A stretch of 64,000 bases of DNA from Planctomycetota bacterium (GTDB lineage Bacteria; Planctomycetota; UBA8108; JACQVS01). Within the stretch, counting starts at the first letter, position 1. Every line of letters starts with the position of its first letter. The DNA is taken from contig JANQLS010000048.1 in NCBI GenBank assembly GCA_028280485.1, forward strand, positions 5,577 through 69,576, given 5' to 3'. The position numbers and the translations under genes were made by a program. Under the pieces are notes generated by a model, which saw only the letters and a program-made list of their open reading frames with translations, ran no database searches and was not told where the DNA came from. Shown here piece by piece: positions 49,422-58,258 of this stretch.

Positions 49422-50651
49422 TCAAAAATCCAGCTCCAAACTCTCATCTGAATCTGCATCCGGATGTTCAATTCGTTCAAGCAGAGAAGGGGTTTCCACT
49501 TCAATAGATTTCTCAAGTAGTAGTAACTTCATATTCGCGTCAAGCTTTCTCCATTTGTTCTTTTCTGGACCGGTCATTTCGCAGAAAGCCGTCCAAAGCT
49601 TATGGTTTTCTTCTGTGGGATTTTCTAGGACAAAGGCTCCCATCGAAGCAGAGAGATGGGCCATTTCCTCAGTAAAGAACTCATTATTGTCAAGAAAAGT
49701 TGAATTGAAGGCTTGGATTTCGTTCCAGGAATACACGTTTTTAAACTGTGAATTTGAGAGATACGATTCCTTTAAATTTAAATTTTTAAAATCACTGTTA
49801 AGAAAATTAACGGTGCTTATTTTAGTGAGATTAAGTTTCGCGTTTGAAAAATCAGATCCGGATAAATCGGTACCTGAAATAAAGGAATTGTTGATTTGGG
49901 CATCTTTAAATGTCGTATTCATGCCCTGCGAGGAACTGATTGAAACGTTGTTGAGGGTTGCCCCTTCGAAATTGGACCAATGAAAAGTGGTATTGCTGAG
50001 AGATAAAACACTTATATTGGCTTTGGTGAAGTTGACGTCGAATAGAATGCTATCTTTAAAATTTAAACTCGAGAAATTCGATTCGCTGAAGTCAGCTTTG
50101 TTTAAAGTTGCGGCTTCAAAATCTGCATTTACTACGATCGCTCCAATGAATTTTGAATTTTTGAGATTTGCTGATTTAAATTGAGCTTTTTTTGTATTCG
50201 AATAGGAGAGATCTGCGTTTTCGAGATTAGCGCCATTGAATTTAGTTTCTATCAGTTTACATTTAACTAACTTACTGTGACTGAGATTGGCATCTTTAAA
50301 ATAGGCAAATTGAAGATTTGCTCCACTGAAATCGGTATGTTCTAAAGTTGCTCCCTCAAATAAAGAATTATTGAGTTTAGAGTATCCAAATGATGAATGG
50401 CTAAGATCGACTCCTTCAAAATTTACATTTTGTAGGTCTAAGTTACTGAGGTCGACATGTTTTAGTTTGATCTTTATATTCGGGTTTTTATTTCTCCATT
50501 CGTTCCATAGGGAGACCCCGCTTTTTAATCTACGGACATTTTGATATTCAACCCACCAGTCTTTAAAATCAGGCCAAAGTGAAACAAGACAAAAAATGGT
50601 CGCCATTCCTGCTAGTGAGAGTGCTATATTTATAGATTTAGACTTTTTCAT
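49422..50651 (-). CDS. Membrane-anchored pentapeptide-repeat protein
   Basis: TM, LKSGV..WNEWR.KNP, long A[DN][LF]xx repeats. Confidence 0.92.
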   Translation of the reverse strand: MKKSKSINIALSLAGMATIFCLVSLWPDFKDWWVEYQNVRRLKSGVSLWNEWRNKNPNIKIKLKHVDLSNLDLQNVNFEGVDLSHSSFGYSKLNNSLFEGATLEHTDFSGANLQFAYFKDANLSHSKLVKCKLIETKFNGANLENADLSYSNTKKAQFKSANLKNSKFIGAIVVNADFEAATLNKADFSESNFSSLNFKDSILFDVNFTKANISVLSLSNTTFHWSNFEGATLNNVSISSSQGMNTTFKDAQINNSFISGTDLSGSDFSNAKLNLTKISTVNFLNSDFKNLNLKESYLSNSQFKNVYSWNEIQAFNSTFLDNNEFFTEEMAHLSASMGAFVLENPTEENHKLWTAFCEMTGPEKNKWRKLDANMKLLLLEKSIEVETPSLLERIEHPDADSDESLELDF

Positions 50652-51184
50652 TAGAACTAAAAGGGCTCTTAATTTACGCGGCGAACAGTATAAGGGATTT
50701 AAATGGGCTTAAAGATGGCTTGATCTTGATCTGATAAGAGTAACACTCATTATTGTAAGGGAATTTATTGAACCTGATATATGTTTTAAAGATCCTTCCT
50801 AAAATAAATTGCTACATTAATCTTCAATTCAAATGAGCTCTTTAATTATTTAGCCTCAATCTTCCGTTTCAGTTTTATCCGATTAGATAATCAGCGTAGT
50901 TCAGTGGATTCTTTTCCAGCTGCTGAAACTCTTTTTATAGATTTAGGAATGTAGCTTTCATTTGATTCAATAAAATATGTAGTGAACTCAACGGAAGTAG
51001 TAGAGATAAAAAAAGTGATTCTCGTGATCTGACCACTTGAGGAAGTTATTATAGTTTAAATGAATTCTAAGGAGGTGAAGTTGAGAAGTTTCCCTCCTCT
51101 TTTAGAATCGATTAGCATCAGGTCAAAAGTTTGTGATATGAATCAAGTAAATGGATACATGAAATATATGCAGGTGAGAGACAA

Positions 51185-52291
51185 TTGATTTTCAATAAAC
51201 AGAGATTCGTTCTTATAATTTTAATCTTTCTACTTCTAACGATGATCTTCTTTGTTTTGAAGCCGACCTTAGATAACTATCTTTTTAATTTAACTGTTGA
51301 GGGGAAATTAAAGGAAGGGCCCAGGGTTTGGAATGAATGGAGGGAAAAGAACAATTTCGAAAATTTGCACCTTAATAATCTGAATCTTGTTGGCTTAAAT
51401 TTACCGTGGAACGAATCGGCTTCGTACAATTTAAAAAATTTAAGCTTTTACAATTCCAGCTTCAATAAATGTAATTTTGAGACAATTAGGTTTAATGGAA
51501 GTACCTTTGAGTCTTGTCGATTTGAGGATTGCGTTTTTAGCAGTGTTAGTTTTAAAGCTTGTAACTTTATTTATTCTGAATTTTTTACATGCGAATTTTC
51601 AGGGAAATTTGAAGATTGTGAATTTAACCAATGTTTATTTCATTCCACAAAATTTGAACGTAAATATTTTATTGGTAGTAAATTTGTTGGAGGGGGATTA
51701 AAAAACTCAAGTCTCTATAACTCTAGAATTAGTGGGAGCTCATTTCTGGCTACTGATTTTAAAGAAGTCGATGTCGACTTTGTTAACTTTGATATTGCTA
51801 AATTTTTTGGAGTAGATTTAACTTCCTTAAAAATTCATCAATCAAAGATTGAAGGAATGTTTTTAGACCGTGACAGTCAATTGCCCGAAAAATGGATTCG
51901 TTTACATCGGCTACTGAATAGTCTGCAAGAAAAAGAAATATCGGATAACGATTTGTTTAACGGGCAAGATTTAGATTTGGCTGGGATTGATTTTTCTCAT
52001 GCTTGGTTGCATGGATATGATTTTTCAAAATCTAATCTTGAAGGATGTGATTTTTCTAATGCATATTTGTGGGAGGTTAACTTGAATCAAACAGAGGTAT
52101 TAGGTTGTGATTTTAGTAATGCGATTTTTAGAGATGTAAATTTTAGGGATACGAAAGGTTGGCAGTCCGCTAAGTATCATAAAATGACTTTTGTGAATTA
52201 TGACGAAGATGAGGTGCCTGTCGAAGTGTTGAATGAGGCTAAAAAGCAAGGCGCGATGATTGTAGAGCGATCTTCAGATGAGGAGCGTTAA
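51185..52291 (+). CDS. Membrane-anchored pentapeptide-repeat protein
   Basis: TM, LKEG..VWNEWREKN, CxFxx and xDFSx repeats. Confidence 0.9.
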   Translation: MIFNKQRFVLIILIFLLLTMIFFVLKPTLDNYLFNLTVEGKLKEGPRVWNEWREKNNFENLHLNNLNLVGLNLPWNESASYNLKNLSFYNSSFNKCNFETIRFNGSTFESCRFEDCVFSSVSFKACNFIYSEFFTCEFSGKFEDCEFNQCLFHSTKFERKYFIGSKFVGGGLKNSSLYNSRISGSSFLATDFKEVDVDFVNFDIAKFFGVDLTSLKIHQSKIEGMFLDRDSQLPEKWIRLHRLLNSLQEKEISDNDLFNGQDLDLAGIDFSHAWLHGYDFSKSNLEGCDFSNAYLWEVNLNQTEVLGCDFSNAIFRDVNFRDTKGWQSAKYHKMTFVNYDEDEVPVEVLNEAKKQGAMIVERSSDEER

Positions 52292-52355
52292 AAATTTTCC
52301 GTATCGGCAATGGCTCCAAAAATTATAGATTGTTGTATGTTGCATTTTGGTAGAT

Positions 52356-52838
52356 ATGAATAAAGACTTAAGTTTAATACGAATAGCCGTCAGTAATAAA
52401 TTACTCTCGATAGGAGAAATTCTTAGATGGTCTGAGCATCTAATGCTTAGCGAAGATGACCCACCTGATGTTGTCTTTGATATTGGGCTTGAATCAACGG
52501 AGGAGGGTATCAGAGAGCTTATTCTTACCAAGATCGAGTCCGTGGAATTTAACAAAATCCTCTGCTTAGATTTGGCCTATTCTAAGTATATGTGTCAGCA
52601 TTTAAGTACATTTCAAGATCTTGTGGAAGAAATTTTTGACTGTGTTTGGACTCGAGAAAATCTAGGTGAGCAACCTGAATACCTCAATGATTTATCACGG
52701 TTTTTAGCCGAGTGGGATCAGACATTAGAGCTAACGAAAGATTTAAGCGAAAGAATATTTACAAGTTTAAAAAATTTAGAAGCTAATTTCGATCTGTATC
52801 GGTTAGTAAAGAAGATGAAATTGAAGTATTGTGGATAG
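52356..52838 (+). CDS. Hypothetical helical protein
   Basis: ORF with ATG at 52356. LL...EI..W...L....D.PP..FDI pattern. Confidence 0.7.
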   Translation: MNKDLSLIRIAVSNKLLSIGEILRWSEHLMLSEDDPPDVVFDIGLESTEEGIRELILTKIESVEFNKILCLDLAYSKYMCQHLSTFQDLVEEIFDCVWTRENLGEQPEYLNDLSRFLAEWDQTLELTKDLSERIFTSLKNLEANFDLYRLVKKMKLKYCG

Positions 52839-53013
52839 TTGAAAATCTTGCTGATTTTCTTTATCTCACTTGCTGCCCAACCGGGATTGGTGATAGAGAT
52901 CTTAATAATTTAACGTTCTTTGATTTATCAAACAAGGTGCCGCCAGCCCCTTACCAGTTACAACTTTTTTAATAAATCTTACCCCCTGAGCATCAACCGT
53001 TTACGATGGGGCT

Positions 53014-53646
53014 ATGAACAAACCTAAGAAACGAACCATCTGGATTCTCTCGATCGTAACCACCATGCTGTTACTGGCAGCTGTTTTAAGTTTCCAAGGC
53101 AAAATTAGAGAGCGGTACTGGATTTGGAAACTTAGAAAATGTTCTCCCTCGGATTGCGAAAAAATTTGTCAAGAGATTGTCGAACAACGGATCTATTCAT
53201 CGATTCCAGTTCTTTTTGATAAACTCAAGGAAGAAGCTAAATTGGAGGATTCCTGGGGGATTGGTCGACTCTACAGATTGAAGGTTAATCATGGAGAATT
53301 GGGCTCGGGGGTATCTACAATAATTGATGGTTTTAATGATCTCCTCGACGAAGATTTCCAGTGGTCCATTTTCTATTCTTCACCTGATGGTCCTCGAATA
53401 CCCAGAATGGGAATGTATCCTGTTGAAGATGAGCTAAATAAAACATCTGAAATATTTGAAACGATGTATTCATTGTTTAAAGAAGACCCGGAAACCCTCA
53501 AGTCTGTTGTGATTCCTTATCTAAATGATAAATCAGATTTGATTCGAGCTACGGCAGCGTGCCTAGTTTTTAACGATCTGGAAGAGATTAAGAAATACGT
53601 CCCTAATGTAACTTTGGGCCAAATACACTTTCTAAGTCGATTGTAG
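53014..53646 (+). CDS. Membrane-anchored protein, YWIWKL family
   Basis: MNKPKKRTIW-TM-IRERYWIWKLRKC...DC. C-terminal RATAACLVF. Confidence 0.85.
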   Translation: MNKPKKRTIWILSIVTTMLLLAAVLSFQGKIRERYWIWKLRKCSPSDCEKICQEIVEQRIYSSIPVLFDKLKEEAKLEDSWGIGRLYRLKVNHGELGSGVSTIIDGFNDLLDEDFQWSIFYSSPDGPRIPRMGMYPVEDELNKTSEIFETMYSLFKEDPETLKSVVIPYLNDKSDLIRATAACLVFNDLEEIKKYVPNVTLGQIHFLSRL

Positions 53647-53707
53647 GGTGATTTGAATCATTAAAATTTCCATTCTCACCCTTCCGATTATGAGGTGATT
53701 TCCGATC

Positions 53708-54205
53708 ATGCCTTTAATGAAGTCAGTTTTGTTATTAATCACGCTGTCACAATGTGGCTGTATCGGTTTTTCAGTTGTTTACCCAACTACTCTTAGAAAA
53801 GAGTACGAGGATCATTCTTCTTCAAGATTTGAACCGAACTCAAGCAGGCAGTCGAGGTCAAATCGATCCATACAAGAAAGTATGGAAGACTATTATTACT
53901 TGAGAGGTCAACCCGAAATAGAGCATCTTGAAGATGGATCCATTACTTACACCTACTCACTTAAATATACTTGGCTTGGAGGTTTCGTTGCCTGTATTTT
54001 ACCCGTTCCCTTGCTCATCCCAATTGGGCGTGACTATTTTAAGTTCACCGTAAAAGATGGTTATTTGCTGAGTAAGGAGTATCGTTATACAAAAGATATA
54101 TTTTTGGGAATAAGACCCCAATTTGGTATTCATGGAGTCGGTTGGGTCTTAGGAGTGTCGAGTAATTTCAGGCGTAAATATAAATTTGATGGTCAGTATC
54201 ATTAG
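53708..54205 (+). CDS. Hypothetical lipoprotein
   Basis: GAGG RBS, QCGC lipobox, Y.Y...W.G....ILPVPL.IP.GR....F. Confidence 0.78.
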   Translation: MPLMKSVLLLITLSQCGCIGFSVVYPTTLRKEYEDHSSSRFEPNSSRQSRSNRSIQESMEDYYYLRGQPEIEHLEDGSITYTYSLKYTWLGGFVACILPVPLLIPIGRDYFKFTVKDGYLLSKEYRYTKDIFLGIRPQFGIHGVGWVLGVSSNFRRKYKFDGQYH

Positions 54206-54325
54206 TTAAGAGGCCAATTAATAAAGGTGATTAATATGAAATTTGTTTTACTGTTTTTTTACTTAGCTCGCTTAGCATGATTTTGACTTAAAAAACCTGG
54301 CAGTTGCCTTCCTCTACGCAGTACC

Positions 54326-54784
54326 TCATTGAGATTCAGAGGAATCCCATTGAGCAATCTTAGATTGCTTGAAAAGCAATCCCCAAATTCCAACGACCAA
54401 TAATGTTCCCTTGTACAATATTCCTGTGAGCAGGCCTTCGGGAGCATAGATTGCTTCGATGGCCAGTATTAGGCATAAAACAATCAAAGGGATTGAAGCC
54501 GCTGCTTTTAAAGAATGACGGGAGTAAAAAAAAGAGGTTAAAAATCCAATTGCTATCGCTCCTTCAAGAAGAGCAGGGAGAAGTACTGATTCTGGATTTT
54601 CAAAGGAACGGAACATTCTAAAGCTATGAAGGAGGCAAGCAAACATCATGATGAATCGAAAGGGATAAATCTGACTGTGAAGTTCATTCTTTGGAGTGGA
54701 ATCTTGATGGCTTTTATTTTGCATTTCAATAACCTCTAACTTATAAGGCAAAGACACATACTTTGCTTTCCTCTCACCATACAT
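54326..54784 (-). CDS. Four-TM membrane protein
   Basis: Hydrophobic helices. P..L..GI..KG motif. Start uncertain. Confidence 0.7.
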   Translation of the reverse strand: MYGERKAKYVSLPYKLEVIEMQNKSHQDSTPKNELHSQIYPFRFIMMFACLLHSFRMFRSFENPESVLLPALLEGAIAIGFLTSFFYSRHSLKAAASIPLIVLCLILAIEAIYAPEGLLTGILYKGTLLVVGIWGLLFKQSKIAQWDSSESQ

Positions 54785-54911
54785 GATAGGTGATTACAGT
54801 TTCTCTTGAATCTTATCTGGTAAGGAATTTCAATTGGGATAGGTTGAATTTGTTTGAGGCGAAATTTGGGATGGTTCAGGATTTCCAAGATCGAACTTGT
54901 TCTGCATAATT

Positions 54912-55424
54912 TCAATTATTTTCACTCGTTGCTCTTTTCAAAATTAATTGTTGGGGAGCTTGTGATGCGTTGGTTAGGGTTAGTGTTTCGTTTTTTATAT
55001 TTGCGTGGTAGCCAAATCCATCGGCTTCTTTAAAAAGGATTAAAAATTTGTCTAAGCTTTTTCCTTCAACCCAGTAAGAATATTTCATGGGTTTAGAGAT
55101 TGTTGTTTTAGGGTACGCATTGGAATTCCAAAGGGTTCTTACGAATGGTCTTTGAAATATTATTTTCTTTTTATTATCGATGACAATTTCATAATTGAAG
55201 ACAATTGTTTTACCATCTAATTGGTATTTTTGATTCGCTACCCATCGTCCGACAAGTTTATCGATAATATCTTTTTGGGTTTTATTTACATTTTCATATG
55301 TAACTAAAAAGTAGATGCCGGATGTTAAAAACGATATAAGGACAAAGGCATAAACTGTCATTATTTTGATTGAGGATTTCATTGGATTCATAATACCCCT
55401 GGCTGGCAAGGCGATGTGTTGCAA
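54912..55424 (-). CDS. Membrane-anchored lipocalin-like protein
   Basis: TM, then LVGRW...Y.Y...L.LT......L.LKR. Real start is probably at MKSSIK. Confidence 0.7.
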   Translation of the reverse strand: MQHIALPARGIMNPMKSSIKIMTVYAFVLISFLTSGIYFLVTYENVNKTQKDIIDKLVGRWVANQKYQLDGKTIVFNYEIVIDNKKKIIFQRPFVRTLWNSNAYPKTTISKPMKYSYWVEGKSLDKFLILFKEADGFGYHANIKNETLTLTNASQAPQQLILKRATSENN

Positions 55425-55597
55425 AATACATATTTTGTTTCCCTATTACATTACTTTTTAAGGATTCTTCTGTGGAGAATTAATAATGAATGCAGTCAAA
55501 GGAGCCATCGGCTTCGTGCTCTGATGGTAAAGGTTGGGTCGTTTTAGGGGAATAAAGAGTTCTTTTTACATGGGCAATTACCATTTAGGCTAGGATT

Positions 55598-56122
55598 ATG
55601 AATAAACGTAAGAAGCAGACAATTTGGGTGATCTCGATCCTAATCATCCTGCTGTTAGTGGGAGTTGGCTTCGTGTTCCAAAGCCAGATCAGAGAGCAAT
55701 TCTGGATTTGGAAATTAAGAAGTAGTGACGATCAAGTGCAAGATGAGGCATTGTTGCAATTAGGAAAGCTTCGGTGTTTAAGAGCTGTCCCTGACATGGT
55801 CGAAGTATTATCAAGAAGGATTGAAGGGAAGCCTTTTACTCTCGCAAAGATTAATTCGATATTAACACTTATTTACTTTCAAGACCGTTCCTCAGGATCT
55901 CCTGGGCATAAAATGAATTTTAAATGCTTTAGTAGGTTTGTAGAAATGAAAGACCCGGCTTTACTAAATCAATTTACTGTTATTTTAAAAGAGACATCGG
56001 CGACCAAAAAAGCAGTTGTTTTATGTGTCTTAAATGCGACTAAAAAAGAGGTGAAGCTTCATCTTCCAGAAATCGGATTTATAGAGAATATGCATGAGAC
56101 GGATGATATTTTCTTTAGATAG
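55598..56122 (+). CDS. Membrane-anchored protein, YWIWKL family (HEAT-like)
   Basis: MNKRKKQTIW-TM-IREQFWIWKLRS.D....EAL.QLG...AVP. C-terminal KAVVLCVL. Confidence 0.85.
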   Translation: MNKRKKQTIWVISILIILLLVGVGFVFQSQIREQFWIWKLRSSDDQVQDEALLQLGKLRCLRAVPDMVEVLSRRIEGKPFTLAKINSILTLIYFQDRSSGSPGHKMNFKCFSRFVEMKDPALLNQFTVILKETSATKKAVVLCVLNATKKEVKLHLPEIGFIENMHETDDIFFR

Positions 56123-56142
56123 TAAAAGTGTCAACTTACAGC

Positions 56143-56210
56143 CATCCACTCCAAGGCTCAATAAACTTAGCTTGTAAGGCTGCGAGTTATCGGCAGCCTT
56201 TCTGTTAACC
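56143..56210 (-). other. Degenerate attC-like site / terminator hairpin
   Basis: On the minus strand: GGTTAAC-N5-GGCTGCCG...TTGAGCC-N5-GTGGATG, overlapping the stop of 56205-56813. It also contains the AAGGCTGC/GCAGCCTT hairpin. Confidence 0.35.
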
Positions 56211-56813
56211 TCTCTTCCGCGTGACCATTCCGATATACCAATCCACCAGTTTTTCTGCATTAACTTTGTCGAATTTATCTCCAAAGCGGGAGAATGCGCC
56301 AGCCACGCCAGAATACGGCACATCATTTTTTATAAAAGGACCCGATAAACCCAGGATCCAGCCATCTTCGGCAGCCCAGTGGCCCTCGGGTAATTGAAAC
56401 TTAAATACATAGAAATCACCTTCTTCCGTATCTAAGTTGCGGGTAACCTTTTCAACAAGCTCAATTTTCTCCGGTGCATCCTGGTATTCATTGGGGTGCA
56501 TCATCCATAAGGCGAGGATGGATTCGGCCTGGGCTTCTGGTGTTTTATACTGCTCTGGAAAAAGGTCGAGTCGTTCAAAGTGCTTGAGGGCCTCGTAAAG
56601 GAATGGGCGCGCGTATGATATGTTTGCAACTCCCTCGATTTCCTCTTCGGTCAATTGTTGGCCTGAAGCAAGTTTTTCGCCTATTGGATCGATGATTTGA
56701 AGGATCTTTTCATCGCGTTGTCGGGCACCGCGTGCAACCGATGTATAACGCCACCATAAGAAAATAACAAACAGGGCAATGATGGAGATGACGATTCCGA
56801 TGATGTATTCCAT
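56205..56813 (-). CDS. Membrane-anchored hypothetical protein, visibly GC-richer than neighbours
   Basis: GAGG RBS. FPEQY....AQAES.LA.W..HPNE....P..IELV...YVFKF...W..G.SGP. Confidence 0.85.
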   Translation of the reverse strand: MEYIIGIVISIIALFVIFLWWRYTSVARGARQRDEKILQIIDPIGEKLASGQQLTEEEIEGVANISYARPFLYEALKHFERLDLFPEQYKTPEAQAESILALWMMHPNEYQDAPEKIELVEKVTRNLDTEEGDFYVFKFQLPEGHWAAEDGWILGLSGPFIKNDVPYSGVAGAFSRFGDKFDKVNAEKLVDWYIGMVTRKRG

Positions 56814-56981
56814 GGTCGTGCCTCAGGTATTGGACGCTGATTGTACTTTAGCTATAAAGAAAGACTCTAAATTCTAAACCAGTATTCTCCATGATAAAAT
56901 CTACCTCGTAAGGAAATATTGAGAGTTCGTGTGGCAATGAGTAAATATCACTGAGTTACTAAAATCACAAGTTAGGGAATA

Positions 56982-57764
56982 ATGGGTAAAAAGTACGTAC
57001 TTATCAGTGGCCTTCTCTGTGGAGCCTTGATTTTGTTCAGTGCTCCCAAGCTGGTTGATCATTTAAGAATTGAAGGGTATGTAAAAGATCTTCATTCATT
57101 TGATAAATCAGTCCGGGAAAAAGCCATTCAAGAGTTAGCCGCTTATGGTACTGAAGTTATTCCGAGATTGTTGGCCGAGCTAGAAACATGTCCCTCTGTT
57201 AATGACGAAGAGTGTAAAAAGTTCAATAGAAATCCTGAAAATGGAAAGACGAGAGCTTACGAGATGGGATTCATCCGAACTTTGGTTCTCATCGGTGAAG
57301 AGAGCATTCCCTATCTATTCGAACGGTTAACAGTGAATGACAAAAACCTAGAAAGTGTTGCTTATTGCTCAGTTATGTGGATATACGCCGAAGTTGCCAA
57401 ATTTGAAACTTATGAATACTTCAAAAATGGAGGTGGATTTATTTTTGAATTGACGAACGCAGCTTATCGTGAAGATTCTAACCGTCAGATAATTTTTTAT
57501 ATTAGGTCAGCTGGTTGGGATATCGTTCAAACTACGTATACCTTCGATGAAGGTGAACTTGGTATTAAAGAGGTGAACCTCGATATTAAATATTTGCTAT
57601 CAAGCATCACAAAGTTTAACTCTTTTTTAACTCCACCGGGCTTTATGTCGGATGCACTTAATAGTGAACACCAAAAAATTGAAGTTAAGTCGGGCTTAGT
57701 CATCGAATCGGCTAAAACGGCATTAATGCGATTGGAGGAAGCAGAGGGTGTTGTTGATAAATAA
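56982..57764 (+). CDS. Membrane-anchored HEAT-like protein, MGKK family copy 3
   Basis: Clear alignment with 31172 and 39264. Confidence 0.87.
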   Translation: MGKKYVLISGLLCGALILFSAPKLVDHLRIEGYVKDLHSFDKSVREKAIQELAAYGTEVIPRLLAELETCPSVNDEECKKFNRNPENGKTRAYEMGFIRTLVLIGEESIPYLFERLTVNDKNLESVAYCSVMWIYAEVAKFETYEYFKNGGGFIFELTNAAYREDSNRQIIFYIRSAGWDIVQTTYTFDEGELGIKEVNLDIKYLLSSITKFNSFLTPPGFMSDALNSEHQKIEVKSGLVIESAKTALMRLEEAEGVVDK

Positions 57765-57855
57765 TCCTACCTGCAATCTAATACTTGACAGCGATCAATT
57801 TAAGAACTCTGATGAACTAACTCAATGTATTTCGTTAAAGCAAACGCGCCAGAGC

Positions 57856-58176
57856 ATGAAAATCCTATTTAAGTTTTCTCTCTTCATTCTGTTGTTGTCG
57901 AGCTTTGTAAGCTGCGCAACAATACGAAGGATTAAAAATTATCCCGAATCACCTCAAATCTATGGTGGAGTTCGAGAGCACGTTGTGTATTTCCCAACGG
58001 GTCATTTGCCGATGCATAGCCCCGGAGGATCTCCAGAAGCCTTTGGTTTTGCCGTAATGTTTACTGGTTGGTGGATGCCCTTTGATTTTATTCTTTGCGC
58101 TGGTTTGGATACGGTTTTTCTGCCTTTGACGATGACTTCGTTATTTTATGAGGAAGAAGTGGAAGAGAGCTTTTGA
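57856..58176 (+). CDS. YceK/YidQ-family lipoprotein
   Basis: FVSC lipobox, IYGGVR, DFILCAGLDTVFLP. ATG at 57856. Confidence 0.82.
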   Translation: MKILFKFSLFILLLSSFVSCATIRRIKNYPESPQIYGGVREHVVYFPTGHLPMHSPGGSPEAFGFAVMFTGWWMPFDFILCAGLDTVFLPLTMTSLFYEEEVEESF

Positions 58177-58258
58177 AAATCTATGAGATGCACTTGTGCG
58201 ATCTCAACCTCGCCTATTCAGTACTTTTGTCTTTTCGACATGCTTATTTGTTAAGCCC

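Noticed and set aside
49393-49983. 196-aa ORF on the + strand
   Set aside because: Antisense shadow of the pentapeptide-repeat gene. The same applies to 769-1047, 4707-5027, 26971-27528, 31252-31554, 58405-58740, 62285-62626 and other short overlapping ORFs.
50652-51184. Structured RNA between the pentapeptide genes
   Set aside because: Short complementary blocks exist but are not nested in a consistent fold.
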